Below, piece after piece: positions 27,532 through 40,914 of a stretch of 64,000 nt of DNA (positions are counted from its first letter, which is position 1; each line of letters starts with the position of its first letter). The notes under the pieces are model-generated. The model saw only the letters and a list, made by a program, of their open reading frames with translations. It did no database searches and was not told where the DNA came from. Location of the stretch: positions 39,928,001 to 39,992,000 of the forward strand of contig OX597830.1 in the NCBI GenBank assembly GCA_951406725.2, in the 5' to 3' direction. The stretch is from Octopus vulgaris. Taxonomy: Eukaryota. Made by a program: the position numbers and the translations under genes.

Positions 27532-27534
<3 letters not shown>
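27198..27534. mobile_element. MITE-like element with ~75-bp inverted arms abutting (TA)n
   Basis: aaataagaaaatggagaggataatcaatcgacaaacatcaacttgtaga... versus ...tctacaggttgatatttgccgattgattatcgtctccattttcttattt. Confidence 0.8.
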
Positions 27535-27590
<56 letters not shown>

Positions 27591-27867
27591 ACGAGAGCTT
27601 ACATGTGTATGTGTGTATGTGTGTGTGAGAGAGAGATGGAGAGAGAATGTGTGCAATGAGAGTAAGTGCAATCTAATGTAAAAACAAACTTTTAATGCAC
27701 CAAAATACACGTTTTAAAACAGTCAAATTCGCCTTAAATACTTCTGAGAAAGCCATGAACATCGCTAATCGCCTGTAATAACCATCTATAAACATCTGGC
27801 ATTTCAAACTTGCACGGAGAAAGCGGACGAAAATTGTTTACTTCACCTACGCAACTACATTTTTCAG

Positions 27868-27888
27868 CTCATCATCAGCACCACCGCC

Positions 27889-27932
<44 letters not shown>

Positions 27933-27960
27933 CACCATCATCATCATCATCATCACCATT

Positions 27961-27998
<38 letters not shown>

Positions 27999-28230
27999 CA
28001 TCATCATCATCATCATCACCATCACCATCATCAGCAGCAGCAGCACCATCATCATCATCATCATCATTATCATCATTATCAACATCGTCATTGTTATCAT
28101 CATCATAATCACCATCATCATGTTCCTTATCGTTGTCGTAGTCGTCGTTGTCGTCGTTATCATCATCATCATCATCACGAGCAAAATTACCATCATAATT
28201 TTTTTTGTTCTTATCATCATCGCCGTCATC
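27868..28230. repeat. (CAT)n trinucleotide array
   Basis: Direct reading. Confidence 0.95.
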
Positions 28231-28358
28231 GTTCAAGAACATTCCACTTGTCCTACAAAGTTTGTTGAAAGATGCTGCTATTTCACTTCACCTACGCCGT
28301 TAAATGTTCCTGGGAAATGCATGATCTTTATAATAAACAAGCCTGGGATATATTGATA

Positions 28359-29592
28359 TTGGGTCATCCAGAAAGTTCCGAACGATTTCTGTTGTTGTAT
28401 TGTTAAACGATTTATATAAGAGCTTTAATGTTGGTACAATTGCTATGTTGATGTGACTTGCAGCGTGGTAACGTACCGATTATCTTTCATACCAAAATTC
28501 AGTCTCTCTCTTTCCTTTCATAGCCATTATCACGGTCAAAATCTTGCAAATCAAAAATTGCTTTTCTTCTTCCGAAAGGGTGAAAACACAGCGAAACATG
28601 TAAAACTTTGGTGAGGTGTAAGTATGATGAAGGTGCTGTGTGTGAATCAATTTGGAAATGGTTTGTAAAATTTAAAAGGGAGGATTTCAGCTTTGAAGAT
28701 TCAAGTCGCTCTGGAAGGCTTTGAGTGTAGGGCTACGATGTTTTGAAGGTCGACATTGAAATCAACTCCAAAATCGCGACTAGAAAGCTTGCAGAGATAT
28801 TGGATGTTCCAAAAAATACTGTTCATGCACATTTAGTGAAATTTGGGTACATTTTCCGCTTTGATGTAGGAATTCTTCACAACTTGTCCGAGAAAAGACT
28901 GCGAGAACCAGTAGTCCGTCAGTGATATACTCTTATGATGTAATGAAGCTGAACAGTTTATGAAGCGATTGGTGACTGACGATTAAAAATTGATTTCTTC
29001 GAAAACATAGTGCGGAAACGATCCTAGGGTTTGTGTGAGAATCCATCAAAACAGTTTTGGAGCTGAATATTCATGCAAAATATACCTTGTGTCTGGTGGG
29101 CTTTCAAAGACATTCAATATTTATTATGAGCTACTCTCACACAGTCAAGATCATCGATTCTGATGTGTATTGCTGCCAGATGTAGAAGAAAATGGCCAGT
29201 TGAAACCAGAACTAGGTAAAAGGAAAAGAGTTGTATTCGAACAAGACAACGGCAAACCTTACGTTTCTTTGGCTAACCGTACAGAGTAGCATGGGCGTGG
29301 TTGGGTTTCCTCTTATCATCTGACTTCCATTTGTTTCGGTCCCTGCGAAATTCCTCGAACGGAAAATTATTTAATGATTTAGATGCAGTCAAAAAGCTCC
29401 TGAATAAATAAATTCTTTCATATGAGAAAACGCAATTCTATGCAAACGAAATTTTAAAACTGCCGAAGAGACAGACTAAAATAATTTGATAAAAGTGAAA
29501 GGAAACTATGAGGAATAAATGTTATTGTAACGCAAATATATCTGTTTTATTCTTACCAATCAGAAACACTCAAAACTTTCCGGATGACCCAA
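28359..29592 (+). mobile_element. Full-length but heavily decayed mariner element
   Basis: TIRs ttgggtcatccagaaagtt / aactttccggatgacccaa with TA flanks; remnants WFVKFKREDFSFED, RLVTD, EQDNGKPY, SSDFHLFRSL. Confidence 0.9.
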
Positions 29593-29781
29593 TACAAAAT
29601 ATCGATTTCTAGCATTTGAAGAACGCCAAGTATGTTTAAAGGTGGTAGAATGTATAGTCGATTGGATCCATTTCATTACTTAGCTGGTGCTTTATTGTAA
29701 GATAAAAAGAAAATTTAACATGTGCAGGATTTGAAATCAGAACATAGATGTAGTTATATAACTTTAAGCCTTTAGCCCTTA

Positions 29782-29925
29782 ATGTATATAATTGCCTTGA
29801 TCTCTGTAATTGCATTGATGTATGTAATAGCGTTTATATATGTAATTGCTTTGATCTATGTAATAGCTTTCATGTGTGTAATAGCCTTGATGTATGCAAA
29901 ATTCTTGATGTGTGTAAGTGCCCTA
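29782..29925. repeat. 18-bp minisatellite, 8 degenerate units
   Basis: Consensus ~atgtatgtaatagccttg; reads as (MYVIAL)n in one frame. Confidence 0.85.
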
Positions 29926-30394
29926 GTGACTCTGCACGCCGGCCTTTTTCATTCTAATTCTACATAATGGTTCTTGATGTAGCAACGAGACCACAAATTT
30001 GGTGGAAGAAATTAATTATATGTTTTAATTTGATGACGCAATAGAGTCGTTGGTTACAAGTTCATTACGTTTCCTATGGCCAGACTGTCAAGAAAGTGTA
30101 ATCAGTTTTTCGATTTCTCGTCAGTGTTTATAATCTTTACAGTATACACAAAGCCAGATAGATGGATAGACAGCTAGATAGATGGTTCGACTTGGGGTTA
30201 TGGAAAATAATTTTCTCTGTGAGTTAAAACCTAGAACAGGTTTCTTCTAGAACACACACATACACACATCTACATACCATTTGTTCCAGAAACATTTTTC
30301 TCCATGGTGGCTATTTGCATCTTATGCATTGGGTGTCTCATACTGCATTTGAATGCAGTTCCACAACAGTTCTTCAGAGAAACACTTTATTACA

Positions 30395-30805
30395 AAAGGC
30401 GGCGAGCTAGCAGAATCGTTAGCACGTCGGGCGAAATGCTTAGCGGTATTTCGGCTGCCGTTACGTTGTGAGTTCAAATTCCGCCGAGGTCGACTTTGCC
30501 TTTCATCCTTTCGGGGTCGATAAATTAAGTACCAGTTAAGCACTGGGGTCGATATAATCGACTTAATACCTATGTCTGTCCATGTTTGTCTCCTCTATGT
30601 TTAGCCCCTTGTGGGTAATAAAGAAATAGGTATTTCGTCTACCGTTACGTTCAAATTCCGCCGAGGTCGATTTTGCCTTTCATCCTTTCGGGGGCGATAA
30701 ATTAAGTACCAGTTACGCACTGGGGTCGATGTAATCCACTTAATCCCTTTGTCTGTCCTTGTTTGTTCTCTCTATGCTTAGCCCCTTGTGGGCAATAAAG
30801 AAATA
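30395..30805 (+). mobile_element. Dimeric family B SINE with 17-bp TSD
   Basis: agaaacactttattaca at 30378-30394 and 30806-30822. Confidence 0.92.
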
Positions 30806-30892
30806 AGAAACACTTTATTACATTATGTCGATACAGATCAAATGCTTAAAAGGTACAAACTGCATATTGTGTCTATCACACACACACACACA

Positions 30893-30964
<72 letters not shown>

Positions 30965-30994
30965 CGCACACTTACATACACACGTATATTATAT

Positions 30995-31131
<137 letters not shown>

Positions 31132-31731
31132 GCAAGAGGCGAACTTTGCTTTGACACAGTTTCAGTTTAGCAAATTCCGTTCCCAAGGAACTCGTCAACT
31201 CGAGCGTATAATAGAAGACACTTACCCAAGGTAGCACGCATTGAGATCGCACCCGGAACCACATAGTTGCAAAGTGGATCTCTTAAATACACAGCCATGG
31301 CTGTGCCTCGTACATATTTTTATCGACCTGGGAAAGATGAAAGAGAAATATGGATAAGAAGAAAACGGTATCATCCGAAGGAGCAAGTCATGTTCTGCGA
31401 AGACAAATAGTGCTAGAAAGTGTTCTTACGGAGGAATAAGTTGTAAGTTTCGAAGGAATTAAATTTACCTTTTTGGAGTTGAACTTTTCATCGGCGAGAA
31501 ATAAAATTTCTAAAGCATTTGTGGGATTATTAAGTATGACACGATGTCGGAGTATGATACGATGTCAGTCTTTTGTGCTTTTTACATTTCAGCTATTCCC
31601 ACATCGCATGCAATCTCATTTATCCAAGAATATGCTATATGTACTACAGTATTACTTCTCTCGTAATACTTTTGTCAAGGTTTTTTCATGCCTCTCGAAG
31701 AAATTTAAACCGTCTCTTGAACTCAGTACAC

Positions 31732-32062
31732 ATTTGTTGTTGTTTGTTTCTTTCTCGGGCCACGCCTGGCTCATAGGGCCGGTTTCCCGGTTTCATTGGC
31801 GTATAGGTTTTCCCACCTGGACGGGACACCGGTCCGTCGCAGATGAGCTGCAAGATACAGGAAGAAAGAGTGAGAGAAAGTTGTGGCGAAAGAGTCAGCA
31901 GAAGTTCGCCATTACCTCCCTTCTGCCGGAGCCGCGTGGAGCTTAGAGCTTAGAGCTTAGGTGTTTCGCTCATAAACACACACATCGCCCGGTCTAAGAT
32001 TCGAACCCGCGATCTCTCGACCGCAAGTCCGCTGCTCTAACCACTAGGCTATGTGCCTCCAC
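31732..32062 (-). mobile_element. tRNA-derived SINE with V-domain-like block, 8-bp TSD
   Basis: Reverse-complement A/B boxes; gcgacggaccggtgtcccgtccagg; TSD cagtacac at 31724-31731 and 32063-32070. Confidence 0.85.
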
Positions 32063-32117
32063 CAGTACACTCTAGCTTAACCTTATTCAAGAACAATAAC
32101 GATGACGTCAGCCATAA

Positions 32118-32262
32118 GGTCGGCTTGCGGTATACGGATGTCCTGAATCCATACTTGGTGCGTGTTATTAATACGTCCAGGAATGCTAGCTGATTGTCTT
32201 TTTCTTTTTCTATTGTGAACTGTATGCTTGGCTTTATTGAGTTCACATGATCTAACAACACT
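32118..32262 (-). mobile_element. Penelope-like element RT fragment
   Basis: LLDHVNSIKPSIQFTIEKEKDNQLAFLDVLITR...TSVYRKPT is the typical PLE post-YxDD region. Confidence 0.88.
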
Positions 32263-32263
32263 T

Positions 32264-32478
32264 GGACATATGGCGTAGTGGTTAAGAGCGCGGGATACTA
32301 ACTCCAAGATTCCGAGTTCGATTCCAGGTAGTGACCTGAATAATTAAAATAATAATAACATCGAAAAATACCTTAGGAATGAGAACCCAGGTCCGAAATT
32401 TTCCCAAGACACCTGATGAAGGCTGGAGGGTATATCAGCCGAAATTTGTGTTGACAACAAATAAGATGAAGACAAAGA
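32264..32478 (+). mobile_element. tRNA-headed short element carrying a type I hammerhead ribozyme motif
   Basis: A box tggcgtagtgg 32271-32281, B box gagttcgattcc 32314-32325; gacac-CTGATGA-a-ggctg..cagcc-GAAA-ttt-gtgtt at 32408-32452. Confidence 0.7.
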
Positions 32479-34219
32479 ATGTTGTAAAACTTGTTAGGTA
32501 CAACGTGTGTCGCTGGTAGTTTTTGAAGAGATAAAAAAATAAACACTATCAAGGTGTTTAAATCATTAGTGATACTTTCTGCTGACACAGAAATCTATTC
32601 TTCCCCTTCCATCGTTTTTATCTTATTATATTCTGTTTTCTAACTCCAGCAAAATGAGCATCCGAGACCATACAACTGAGCAGCCTTTTCTAGGGAGTGC
32701 GCTGCTCGCCCTAACCGAAGAAGGACCTAAAAACGGATGTTCATTCAAATAAGATTCTTAAAGCAAAACTGTGATCTAATGAAAGCGGTCTAAGTGTCAA
32801 AAATAGAGTATCTCTGTAATCTCTTTACCTACAAGAAATAGCAACCAAACCACCTTCAAATCAAATTTCCAAAAAGCAAAGAGATTAGATAGAATAATGT
32901 AGGACCTGGGATAGTCGTGAATGGAACACCTCTGAGAATAGGTTGGCATATTTATTGCTGACCTGGGACTAAACAACAGCAAAAATATTATAATGAAACC
33001 AGTTTAATCGATAATATACTCTCCCTCCAAATATTTTGCCGTCAGCCTACGTAATGAATTGCTTTTACAGTTATTAATTTCGTTTCAAGAAAAGCAGAGA
33101 GTAACCTTTTTAATATCAAGGACGAATTGAAAGTGCATTAGAACTTGAACTGCTTAAAATAATATATCTTTGATTCTATCGAACACACTCAGCAATATTA
33201 GTTAAAGTGTTATGATATTTTAATTAACCAAGTAGTTATAACGCCTTAAAACATTCATGGAATGTTCTTAACAACTTATATTGAATTACTATTTTTGTAT
33301 TAAAACAACTTTTTTTATGATACAGTATTTAGAGAATTCGTTGGGAGTTGGTTTCAAATTTTAGCGCGGATAAAATTCATCTCATAGGATGAGATATTAC
33401 CTCAAAAATCCAAATTCAAATCCTTTTGGGAGAGAGGGACTTTGTTATTCATACCTCCGTGGTCTGTGGCAATAGAAAATACTTCTTTAATCATTCAACT
33501 GCGATAGTTGCTGAATAATATTCTTACGGTCGCAATTTACTCACACGCAGCATCTTTCAGAGCTTGTTGATAATCCAGTTCTTAACCAAACTGAAAAATG
33601 TTAACACTTTTGAAGAGGACTGGTCCCTAGCTACATTTTGGCATAACAAAATTGAGATTTGGTCCAGTAGAAAAAAGTTTACATCAAAATTTGCAGCAAC
33701 GTTATAGGAGAGTAATAACCCCACCAATCGAGTTTAAATCTGAATTACTTTTTTTATTTTAAAAGCAAAATATATTTATCTTAGCTTCAATGATAGAAGA
33801 AAGCATGAATGATTTTATAGTTTTGGTCCCATACAACAAAAATTTGTTTAAAAAAAGTTTTGAAGTAAAATATCATGAAAAAATATAAGGAAAAATTGGA
33901 TTTAAGTTTGATTAACTTTTTTTATTTTAAAAGCAAACTATATTTTAATTAAGCTTAAATGATGGAGCTCCATTCGAGGTATTTCGAGGTATCAATCTCA
34001 TGCAATGATGTTTTTAAAAGAAAACTTTTATGAGTGTTTGTTTCTCAACTTTGAGGGTGATAACATAGTTCTATACTTTTTTCATGAATATAGTTCTATA
34101 AGGGGATTTGTAATATATATGTCACCCGCGTCATTGAGGTAAGGAAAAAAATTATCAATGACACCGCTATTTTATACATTTGACATATTATTAATTAGCA
34201 TTATAGCATAGCCTGGAAA

Positions 34220-35115
34220 AACATGGATTATATGGGGAAATGCCAGCAAGAGAAATAATATACCTAAGATTATAAACCTAGAAAATTACAGGACAAGTTA
34301 TTACACTTGGAAGTTCAGGACAACTTATTACATCTGATAAAGTACAGAACAAGAAAACTTTTACTTAAAATATTGCAGCTAAGGATAAAATTTGATTATT
34401 AAAAATTATTTTATTTTAATTTACACTGTAACTTTATAATTAAAAAATGTACCATCAATTTGTTAAAATATTGCCACACTAGAATACTTAAAAATGAGAG
34501 CCAAAATTACCAATATAGCTAAAGTTTTTGCTAAGTAGACTAGTATATATGGTAGGCAAATTCCTTATATAAAAATAGGCATTGGGTCAAGACTAGAAAT
34601 GTGAAGACTTGGCAATAACTTCGGCAATAACTCAAGTAAATTTTATTGTGAATTTATTGTTATAGGTAGATTTTACTGCAATATATAACTATTTTTTGTA
34701 TTATTCTATTTATTGTACTAACTAATTATGTACTACTATCATATTTTATAACCTATTTTCAGATTTCTAATTATTAATTAATAATTTAAAAAATGAATTT
34801 TTTTAAAGTGAAAAATATATTTTGAGTTATTTTCTGTATTTTTAATAGAATCAGTAATAACAAATACAAGTAATAACTTGTAATGAAATTTTTACTTTTA
34901 ATAAAAGCTAATACTTTTAAAATCTGAATATTTTATTTGAAATTTTATCCCTTAGCTGCAATATTTTCAGTTAAAATTTACTTGTTTTATACGTGACCGG
35001 ATGTAATAAATTGTCCTGAACTTTTCCAGGTGTAATAACTTGCCCTGTAATTTTCCAGGCTTATAATCTGAAGAATATTATTTCTCTTGCTCACATATTT
35101 CCATGTAATGGAAAC
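34220..35115. mobile_element. Large foldback/MITE, ~180-bp diverged inverted arms
   Basis: gcaagagaaataat...aaattacaggacaagttattacac...aaaatattgcagctaag (34232-34410) is mirrored at 34925-35103. Confidence 0.8.
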
Positions 35116-36376
35116 ATTACATGGAGAAAGACGGCTAACATTGTTAGGAATCATTATTCCACCGAATCCCAAAATCCGAAGATTCAGAAAATATAAGTAA
35201 AAATATTTCACATATAAATACATATACACAGTTACAAATTAATTGATGAAGAAGACAAAATGACGCTGTGATATTCGTGTCTTTCCTAAGAACATCCCAG
35301 TGACGTAAATGATGTGGGAGTCAACATCAAGGAATAGACGAAACCTTTTGAACTAAACTTACTGAGTGTTCGTCATAATCTGTTATTAGTCTATCAGCAC
35401 AACCCCATAAAGCCATAAATCTGTAAGAGAGGAAGATCTTCCTAATAAATTTATCCCAATACATAACTTGGTATTGAGGCCAATGAAAGGGTCTTTATTG
35501 AGCCATATTCTACGAAGTAAAACAATTCGGCAGATCAAAAGGTTAAAGTCAACTTCAGTGGAATTCGAACTCACATATAAAGTAAGGAATGAGATGAAAT
35601 GGTATATAACATCTAAACCAATATTCAAAACTTGACAGCGACGCCATCAAAATTTGGTAGAGAAATATCTGCGATTCATATCGTTGCCAATTCTAGAGGG
35701 TTTTTTTTTTTAGGTTTGGTTTACTTTTTCTTACCGAGGAAGCATAAGACGCAAAGTGTAGCTCTTGCAGGATTTGAATTGAGAAATTATACAGAAACTA
35801 TATCAAAGCGTTTTTTTCTTTTGCACATGTGAGTATTATATGTCAACTAAGGAGCATAACCCGTAAAAAAATAAGCTTATGATGCAAATTTTTAATACAA
35901 GGAAGGAAATGAAAATTAATCTTTCCCGCAAAGGTTAACAAACGTCCAAAATAAACTCTGACATTTATTTAAGTACAGTTCATATTCTCACCAAAAAGTG
36001 ACCTATAATATTAGCTTAGCTTGCTTTCTCCAGTATAATTGAACATTGAAGTACGGTGGAGTTGGCCGGGGCAATACAACTCCAGGTTAAATGAATTACA
36101 AGTGAACATTTAATTTCACAATGATATGAATTAAACATGAGTGTTTAGTTTCGCTGTGACATATTCAGAGAGTGACGAGACTGATTTAACCACTCATCTC
36201 CCCGAGAATCGATATAATAATAATTATTATTATTTCTTTACTACCCACAAGGGCCTAAACACAGAGGAGACAAAGAAGAAGAAGAAGAAGAAGAAGAAGA
36301 AGAAGAAGAAGAAGAAGAAGAAGAAGAAGAAGAAGAAGAAGAAAGAAGAACAACAACAACAACAACAACAACAATG

Positions 36377-36740
36377 ATGGAGCACCGCTTTTAGTCGAAG
36401 AAATCGACCCCAGGATATATTCTTTGGAAGCCTAGTACTTATTCTATCGGTGTCTTTTGCCCGACCGCTAGGTTACGGGGACGTAAACACACCAGCGTCG
36501 GTTGTCAAGCGATGTTGGGGGGACAAACACAGACACACAAATATATACATACATATATATATACATACATATATACGACAGGTTTCTTTCAGTTTCCGTC
36601 TACCAAATCCACTCACAAGGCTTTGGTCGACCCGAGGCTATAGTAGAAGACACTTGCCCAATGTGCCACGCAGTGGGACTGAACTCGGAACCATGTGGTT
36701 GGTAAGCAAGCTACTTACCACACGGCCACTCCTGCGCCTA
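36377..36740 (-). mobile_element. Family A SINE
   Basis: Reverse complement of the family A consensus. Confidence 0.9.
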
Positions 36741-36742
36741 TA

Positions 36743-36785
<43 letters not shown>

Positions 36786-36792
36786 CAATGAC

Positions 36793-36846
<54 letters not shown>

Positions 36847-36849
36847 TGT

Positions 36850-37047
36850 GGCACATGGGGAGCAATTTCGGGATAGTGGGTAAGTCGATTACGTCGACCC
36901 CAGTGTTTAACTGGTACTTATTATTTTATCAGCTCCGAAAAGATGAAAGGAAAAGTCGACATCGGCGAAATTTGAACCCAGAACGTACAGACGAACGAAA
37001 TGCCACTAAACATTTTGTCCGACGTGCTAATGTTTCTGGCAGCTCGT
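36850..37047 (-). mobile_element. Family B SINE
   Basis: Reverse complement of the family B body. Confidence 0.8.
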
Positions 37048-37916
37048 ATGCAAACCCGCGGACCTTATTCCGTACACAAATGTTTTCACAATGAATGTAT
37101 TGGCCGCCTTAGGATACTCGGAGAAAACTTCTCTCGGATGGACCGTGCGGGATGAAATGACCGGGAAGTGGACGCGTGCTCGCCAGGCATCCGGAGCCAT
37201 GTTCCGTATGGAAGACATCCATATCATCGCTTGAATCGATCCCAGGTACTTGACTGTTGGTGATATTTATGTAGCCATGTTTCTAGTTGTTCATATCACA
37301 ATAGATGTTACACCATCACACCTGCTATAAAAAAACACCCCAATGCAAAAAGACAAGCATACATGCACACTCAGCACACACACATACACACACACATACA
37401 GGAACACACAAACAGGCACATACATACAATGGTATACACATATACAAACTCACATACATATGCAAACACACTTGTACAGACACAGATAAGCACCGGGAGC
37501 AATTGGACAAATACACACACGCACATGTAAATACAAACATACATTGACACTTGCATAGACACACGCACAAACACACACAAGCACCCACATACCTGCAAAC
37601 ACACACATACACACGCAGACGCATACACACCGCATTTATACACACATATATATACACACGTGCTATTAGAGCTGTTATCGGAGATATCTTGATATGGCAA
37701 GATGAGAAAATCAATAGCAGACAAAAGACAGAATGATAAATCAATCAAGGGTGACTTGATTACATAATAGTTTCGTTAATACAATATGTGGTTGAGTTTA
37801 AGTGGACAGAACACTAATGGAACGTGAATGATCTTAGTTAAGGACTCCACTTCGTCACTGGATTCCTCGGACAGGATCTGGTTGAGATTTATGGTTTTAG
37901 TTATCATATTTGGTTC

Positions 37917-38328
37917 AGGCGCAGGAGTGGCTGTGTAGCTTGCTTACCAACCACATGATTCCGGGTTCATTCCCACTGCGTGGCACTTTGAGCAAGTGTC
38001 TTCTACTATAGCCTCGGGCCGACCAAAGCCTTGTGAGTGGATTTGGTAGACGGAAACTGAAAGAAACCCGTCGTATATATATGTATATGTGTATGTGTGT
38101 GTATATGTTTGTGTGCCTGTGTTTGTCCCACCCCAGCATCGCTTGACAACCGATGGTTGTGTGTTTCCGTCCCCGTAAATTAGCGGTTCGGCAAAAGTTA
38201 CCGATAGAATAAGTACTAGGCTTCCAAAGAATAAGTCCTGGGGTCGATTTGCTCGACTAAAGGCGGTGCTCCATCATGGCCGCAGTCAAATGACTGAAAC
38301 TAGTAAAAGAAGAAAAGAGTAAAAGAGC
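37917..38328 (+). mobile_element. Family A SINE
   Basis: Full-length match. Confidence 0.9.
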
Positions 38329-38530
38329 ACCAGAAACAGCATCAGGGGGACAAATAGCAGCAGTGAAAACAGCAGTTGTAACAGTGTGAAGTTTTAAACT
38401 CACAAATGTACAAGTGTTTCCTAAAGATTTCAATGCTGTGTTGATTGCAAGTCCTCAATTCGCATCCTCTAGTCTTCGGACTCCTTTTCAAATATTCAGT
38501 TAACACCCATGATAAGATCACAATCGTTAC

Positions 38531-38592
<62 letters not shown>

Positions 38593-38787
38593 TTCTCCTC
38601 ATATATAGACATAATTTGCCACACAACTCTATATACTTTTGAAAATCTAATGTGAAACCGGTCAAGTGTTTTCCTACATTTCAAAATATAATTAAATTCT
38701 GATTAATTCTAATTTATTCTCTTTGCCTTTTCAACTTCATTTCTTGTATTCCTCTACTTGTTTGGATTAATAACAATCTCTCTCTCC

Positions 38788-38819
<32 letters not shown>

Positions 38820-38844
38820 ATCTGTCTGTCTGTATATTTCTCTC

Positions 38845-38880
<36 letters not shown>

Positions 38881-38947
38881 GTGTGTGTGTAGATGTATAG
38901 ATAGATACATAGACAGACAGACAGACAGACAGATAGATAGATAGATA

Positions 38948-39021
38948 TGTTTCTTTATTAGCCACACAGGGCTGCACACAGATAGAACAAATTACAAGGT
39001 AGAGCTTTTCTTTTGAAGGTT

Positions 39022-39052
<31 letters not shown>

Positions 39053-40795
39053 AAAGGAAGGGGGAGTTTCGATCAAAAGGGATCGTAAAAGGAGAGAAAG
39101 AGGACAAAAAAAGGGGGGTTAAAAAAAAAGGGGGGAGAGGGAAAAAAAAAAAAAAAAAAATGATCAATAGGGATCGTTATCACAGAAATGTCAATATGAA
39201 GTGTAAAGGGGAGGACAGGTGAGGTTTACCCGTGGAAAGAAAAGCCTACGGAAAAGACCACGGTAACCTCGGTCAATGAAGTCACATTTTATATTTCTTT
39301 TTTTTTTTTTTTTTTTTTTTGCAAATAAGCAACTCTCTGTTTTCGATTTCTGGGTTCATAGGACTATGCTCAAGGTGGCTTCGTCATTCATACGTGCCAT
39401 TCTTGCTACATTCACCCATCTTTTTTTAAAACATTCGCTAGACAAAACTTGCCTCTCTACTCTCACTTTCCTTTTCAAGTGGTACTTGAAGAAGTTGATG
39501 AGAGATTGACCAGAGAGGAAAGTGTTTGTCTCCAATCCTTTCAGACGCGTCCACCAGATACATTCCTTCGCCATAGCCACAAGGATGATGAAAATAGCTC
39601 TTCCTTCCCGTTTGAAGGAAGGAGGCGTGACAATATTGACGATAGACTCAGCTGATAAACCGACTCGTCCCACACGTGACAGCAGTTGTTCGACATAAGC
39701 CCACAGGTCGGAAATTGTTGGACACTGAACGAGTGCGTGCAGAACGGTTTCGTCGCTCTGACCGCATCTCGGGCAGGTCGGCCCCGTGTTTCTCGAGCCG
39801 TGTCTGTAGAGCTTATCCCGAACGGGTAGCGCTTCTCGGTAGCACTGCCAGGCCAGGGATCTCTGGAAGTTGTCCATGGGCCCTGGCCCGAAAGTCGTCC
39901 TGAACAGGCGGGTCAGGTACTCCTCGTCGACGTCCAGGTTCGCCCCGAGCTCGTCGTCGTACCTCCTCCACTAAACCCCTATAGAATGCTTTGGTTGTGT
40001 TGAAGTCACTTAAGGTCGACCCAGGACGGCAGAGTTGCTTGAGAGCAACGCGACACTCGCGGTGCCATTCGCCCTTCCTCGGCCTCTTTTTTGATCCACG
40101 ACTGCAGTTCGGTCATGGAGACGAGCTGCGGGAAAGCGTGCCTCACAAACGGCGACCACACCTGTTCACCGTCGTCTACATAGAGCCAGAGATGTCGCAG
40201 TCTCAGCGCGTGTCTGCGCATCATCAACCACGGCATGCCCAGCCCTCCTTTTAACGGGTGTTGACAGCAAATGGATCGCCTGACCATCGGGACGCATCCT
40301 TTCCACAAGAAGCGAAAGAGGATGCGTTGTAGTTTGGTGATGGTAGGGTCGGGACAAGGTACGACGGTCAGGCGGTAGTAGATGACGGACGCGATGTACG
40401 TGTTCGCCACCTCCGCTCGACCTTTTAGGGACAGTTTCCTCTCGGCCCATTGCCGGGCGAGAGTGACCACCCTACTCGTTATCTCGTTCCAGTTCTTCTC
40501 CACTTGGAGGTCCGGACCAAACCAGACCCCGAGCAACTCAACCGGGCCGTCGGTCCAGCGTCCCACGACGGAGGCGCTGGTGGACGGCATGGGCTTGCTT
40601 CTCCAGGTGCCTAGTCGCAAGCCCACTGACTTTTCCCGGTTGATTTTCGCTCCTGTCACCGCTTCGTAGTTTTTCAGTGTCTCGCCGACCAGCTCGATGT
40701 GCTCGTGGCTAGACACTATGACGGTGACGTCGTCCGCGTATGCAGACACGCTCGTCCCGCATCCCAATTCTCGCGGGATGCCCCTTAGAGTCGCC
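38948..40795 (-). mobile_element. 5'-truncated Tx1/L1-clade LINE (ORF2 RT C-half, zinc finger, 3'UTR), frameshifted
   Basis: SAYADDVTV, GAKINREKS, LGVWFG, LSLKGR, KGGLG, CPRCGQSDETVLHALVQC; GC-rich relative to the flanks; bounded by (GATA)n on both sides. Confidence 0.93.

Positions 40796-40914
<119 letters not shown>

Noticed and set aside
27810-28268. Poly-His, poly-Asp and poly-Met ORFs
   Set aside because: Translations of a (CAT)n microsatellite, open in several frames, with no splice or homology support.
29782-29967. (MYVIAL)8 hydrophobic repeat peptide
   Set aside because: Best explained as an 18-bp minisatellite; no evidence of coding constraint.
37080-37235. GC-rich island as a regulatory element or exon
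   Set aside because: Short, no splice signals, composition like the Tx1-type LINE; likely a TE scrap, unverified.
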